Shown here piece after piece: positions 60,920 to 64,000 of a stretch of DNA of 64,000 bases. Source of the DNA: Macrostomum lignano (lineage: Eukaryota). Where the stretch lies: NCBI GenBank assembly GCA_002269645.1, contig NIVC01001189.1, positions 248,001 through 312,000 on the forward strand, given 5' to 3'. Made by a program: the position numbers and the translations under genes. How positions within the stretch are numbered: position 1 is the first letter of the stretch; each line of letters begins with the position of its first letter. The notes below the pieces were generated by a model, which made no database searches, was not told where the DNA came from, and saw only the letters and a program-made list of their open reading frames with translations.

Positions 60920-61029
60920 TGCCCGTAGTGCTGGTATCAGTTCCTCGTAGTTCAGGCGAGTTGCCTCGTCCAGAGTTGAGTATTGATTGCGAGCATTCGG
61001 TCGTAGCAGTAGTGGTAGTAGTCGACATC

Positions 61030-61322
61030 TCTCGCATTTCCCAGTCCATAGTTTGCGCTTGAAGTTCGAACTCTCGTAACCAACGGACGAATGAGCGTCC
61101 CATTTCGTAGTCTCCTACTGATAGCTTGATGGCTTGGACAACTGTCGGTAGATCTCGGGTCTGCTGCAGTGCCAATTGTCTTGTCAGGTCGTTGATACGC
61201 TCCTGTAGTTGCGCTAAATCTTCGGCCATGTTGTCTTGTAGTGCTTCTTCTGGTTGTTGCTGGTCTTGTTGAGGATCGTCTTGATGCAAGTCTTCTTGGT
61301 GCTGTTCTTCTTGTTGAAGCAT
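61030..61322 (-). CDS. Gag N-terminal portion, separated from the polyprotein frame by a +1 frameshift near 61045-61025
   Basis: ATG at 61322 gives MLQQEEQ...GRSFVRWLREFELQAQTMDW. The capsid-like continuation ERCRLLPLLLRPNARNQYSTLDEATRLNYEELIPALRAMF is in the polyprotein frame. Confidence 0.75.
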
Positions 61323-62865
61323 GCGCCTTCTGGCTTGGGCAGTACGTCGATTGTTAGGTAGACCTGTAGGGTCTGGAGCTTGGTAATCTTCCAAAAAGTG
61401 AGGATGCGCTTGTAAACGTTGCGGTGTGGGCCGCAAAAAATTGGTACGATTCAGGTTGCAAGTAGTATAATAAAAGACAAACAAAATATCGTTGGCAGTG
61501 CTGGTCTGCTAGTGAGCAATTAAACGGTTTTAAATAGACAAATTGAGAAGGGGCAGAGGTTAGGATACGCTTCAGGCTCAGGCGGTGCAGTCGAGGTGGG
61601 TTTTGTTGTACCAAACAATTCGCATTTGTTGTAAAATAATTATAGTGTTGCTATATGCATTTTGTCATAGTGACTGTCATTTCAAGCAATAAAACAAAAT
61701 TCCGCATTTAACGTTTATGCAATATAACGCAAGATGTGTACTTATTGAGAATTAAATTGACTGTGCCCGCAGGCTTTGGAGTGTGCCGGTGCAGCTATGA
61801 ATTCGAAGGCAACTGGACAATTTCATTTGAATTGATTCTGCTTGGCTTTGTTATGTGCGCCTAATAAATGGTTAACAATATAATTCAATCAAAAGTAGCG
61901 CTTCTCCTGGAATGGCTAAGGTTGCGCAGCTGGAAATAGCGGAATGCTGTAGTTATTTTTAGTATCACTCATTTCTGCGGGCTTTCCCGCTGTTAGCAGT
62001 ATTATGTTGGCTTGAGATGCCTTGAAAAGTGAGCTCAGTATTAACGAGGGTTTATGTAGCTATGCCTGGTGGGGCAGACGTGTTAGTTTAACAACCCTAA
62101 GACACTACACTGGCAGGGTGCAGTGACACGGGCGGGCGTCTGTGCAGAATGGAAGTGCTAGGCAGGGAGATGCCCGATCCGGATAAGGACATCTCAGTGA
62201 CTCGCACCTCTATTCTTTACGTCAACCCTGCTGCCGAGAGTAGAACTCTCCCCGCAAGGACCTGCCTTCCCGCGGGCCAAACTCGCGCGCGCAATTAGTA
62301 AAGTGAGCTCCTTAGTGATCAGTCGATTAAAGTGATCAAAAGTAATTCCCGTGCACGGTACTTGCCATAGCTTGTGGCTGGATTATTGCCATACCTTGTG
62401 GCTGGATTATAAATTACGGATCCGTTTCAACAGAAAATGATTATTCAATTGTTAGACAAAATCAATTATGGTATCCAGGTAGCTACCCTCTTAGACAGTG
62501 TTAAGTGATTAAAATTGATTAAATTCTCTTCTACGCGAACAGATAAAGTATGGTTAGTCTATGTGTCCACTGGCAGTGAAACGCTGTTCATCACCAGGGA
62601 AGGTAATACAGTTAATTGTTTTTGTTAGTTTTCGAATTTTATCAATTTTTTTTGTTCGTTTTAGCATTTTATCAATTTTTTCTTTTTGAATAAGGACGCG
62701 TTTGTGTCCTTCTACGACACAGAGTAATTACGTAGAAAGAGAATTAAAAGGTGACTGCACTCATCCTGGCCTTCCACGCTCCGTCCTCCGCCGATGAAGT
62801 TACTCAGCCATACCGGGCGATCTCGTCAGGTGAAAATCGAAGAGCTGTTGATCAGATGACTCCGA

Positions 62866-62878
62866 GGTCAGGGAACCA
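62866..62878 (-). other. Primer-binding site TGGTTCCCTGACC, complementary to a tRNA-Glu-type 3' end
   Basis: Starts 2 nt after the 5' LTR. The plus strand reads ggtcagggaacca, which matches the metazoan tRNA-Glu(CTC) 3' end ...GGTCAGGGAACCA as recalled from memory. Confidence 0.8.
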
Positions 62879-62880
62879 CT

Positions 62881-63916
62881 TATACGCGTCTTTCTCTGGG
62901 GCCTTTGAGTTCGAGTTCTCACTTTCTTAAGATAGATGTCTAGCGGTCTAAGGTTCTTACAGCTCTTAGTCTCTCCTATCAGGCCGTCAGAGAAGACCGT
63001 ATAAACTGACGGGATCTCCTAGTATCTAAGCTGAGTTGGAGTCTCCCTAAGATTTGCTCTATGTCACAGTTAAGGCAAATGATCGATTTGAGACTCGGGT
63101 TTCTGCCAACTGGATAATCCAGAAACTAATTCAAATGGAGCAATTCAAGATCGAATAACTGCGCAGGAAAAACGAAGCGCCGCTCCAGTTTGAGATGAGC
63201 GTCTATTTGTACCAATTAGCATGTTTGGCCTCCCCCGCCGCCGGTGGGGTGTCTTCGCGTTGTTAGCAACGGCGGGGGGTTTTGAGCAATAACAAACTGG
63301 GACTCAGTCCCCTAATTGTACATGAATTTAGTTAGTTCTAGTAGGTTGCTAAGTGTGAAGGTTAGAGATTATTCGGGCTTTCGCAAATCTATGTGTTGAG
63401 TTGGATAAAATTTGGGATAGAAAGATTATAGAAAAAGTGCTTAGTTTTCCGTCTCTACACTCTGTCCATGAATGATTAAACAGTCCTCTGTTTCTCTCGG
63501 TTGTCAGGCAGCTTGGGGTTGATCTCGCCTTCTTGGGCAGCTTCGGGTTGGGTAGGAGTCTCTAGGTGGGCCTCACGTTTTCTCCCTCAGGGTGCGCCAG
63601 AAGATGCCGCGTGCCGCGTTGTTCTCTAAGTCAGGCTGCTGCTCAGTTTGCTTTTCCCGGCCGGTTTAGTCGCCATTGTGCCTGCGGCGGGGTGACGCTA
63701 CTAACTGGAATGGAAGGAGGCTTTGTTAGATTCGGCTATTCAAATTGACTTGACAGTTGATTAATTATCTTAAAGCTGCTTCTGTTTGCTCTTCTAATAG
63801 CTATCTAGGGGTTCCATTGTACTCTTCTGCCTCGCCCTTCACTGCGCCTGGGCTTTTCATAAATTTCTACCTATCTTCTAACTTGGGGTCAAAACTTCAG
63901 ATTTCTAACTCTTATA
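62881..63916 (-). repeat. 5' LTR (1036 bp)
   Basis: Direct repeat of 50166-51200, flanked by the PBS on one side and the TSD on the other. Confidence 0.97.
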
Positions 63917-64000
63917 TACTTTGCTTGCATATATTAGTAGTACAAAATGATGGTGTACATGTACTTTCTTAGCTACTAGTTAAAAAAAACAAAAAAGGAC

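Larger units (their letters stand above)
50166..63916 (-). mobile_element. Full-length env-containing Ty3/Gypsy (Metaviridae) LTR retroelement, 13,751 bp
   Basis: Paired ~1035-bp LTRs, 5-bp TSD tactt (50161-50165, 63917-63921), PBS, PPT, and Gypsy domain order PR-RT-RH-IN with a GPY motif. Confidence 0.97.

Noticed and set aside
61035-61045. GGGAAAT as a -1 slippery site explaining the gag shift
   Set aside because: It is out of phase in the gag frame, and a -1 shift would not reach the polyprotein frame, which needs +1.

Overview
Eukaryotic (metazoan) genomic DNA with GT-AG introns, GC-rich exons and AT-rich or minisatellite-filled introns. The style suggests a free-living flatworm such as Macrostomum, which is an inference. 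Positions 1-49.7 kb carry six conserved genes whose spliced reading frames I could close exactly: LAMTOR1 (+); a co-directional minus-strand run PSMC3 > RBBP4 > ZMYM/Woc-like DUF3504 gene > CCDC124; and AP3M1 (+), which is head-to-head with PSMC3. The introns hold many unrelated tandem repeats, a Mutator-like element with a PHD-finger ORF, an RTE-type LINE remnant, and a hAT-like element with an 8-bp TSD that carries a near-perfect 59-bp satellite. The highlight is a complete, very young 13,751-bp Ty3/Gypsy LTR retroelement (50166-63916, minus strand). It has a 5-bp TSD, LTRs differing by one visible indel, TATA...TATA ends and a tRNA-Glu-like PBS. Its 2393-codon ORF reads Gag - signal peptide - class III (herpes gB/chuvirus-like) envelope glycoprotein with furin site and TM anchor - PR - RT - RNase H - IN, so env is fused in frame BETWEEN gag and pol. 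Downstream of pol is an accessory block: two sense ORFs with splice acceptors next to their ATGs, and one antisense coiled-coil/transmembrane ORF. Domain identities come from motif recognition by eye, not from database searches.
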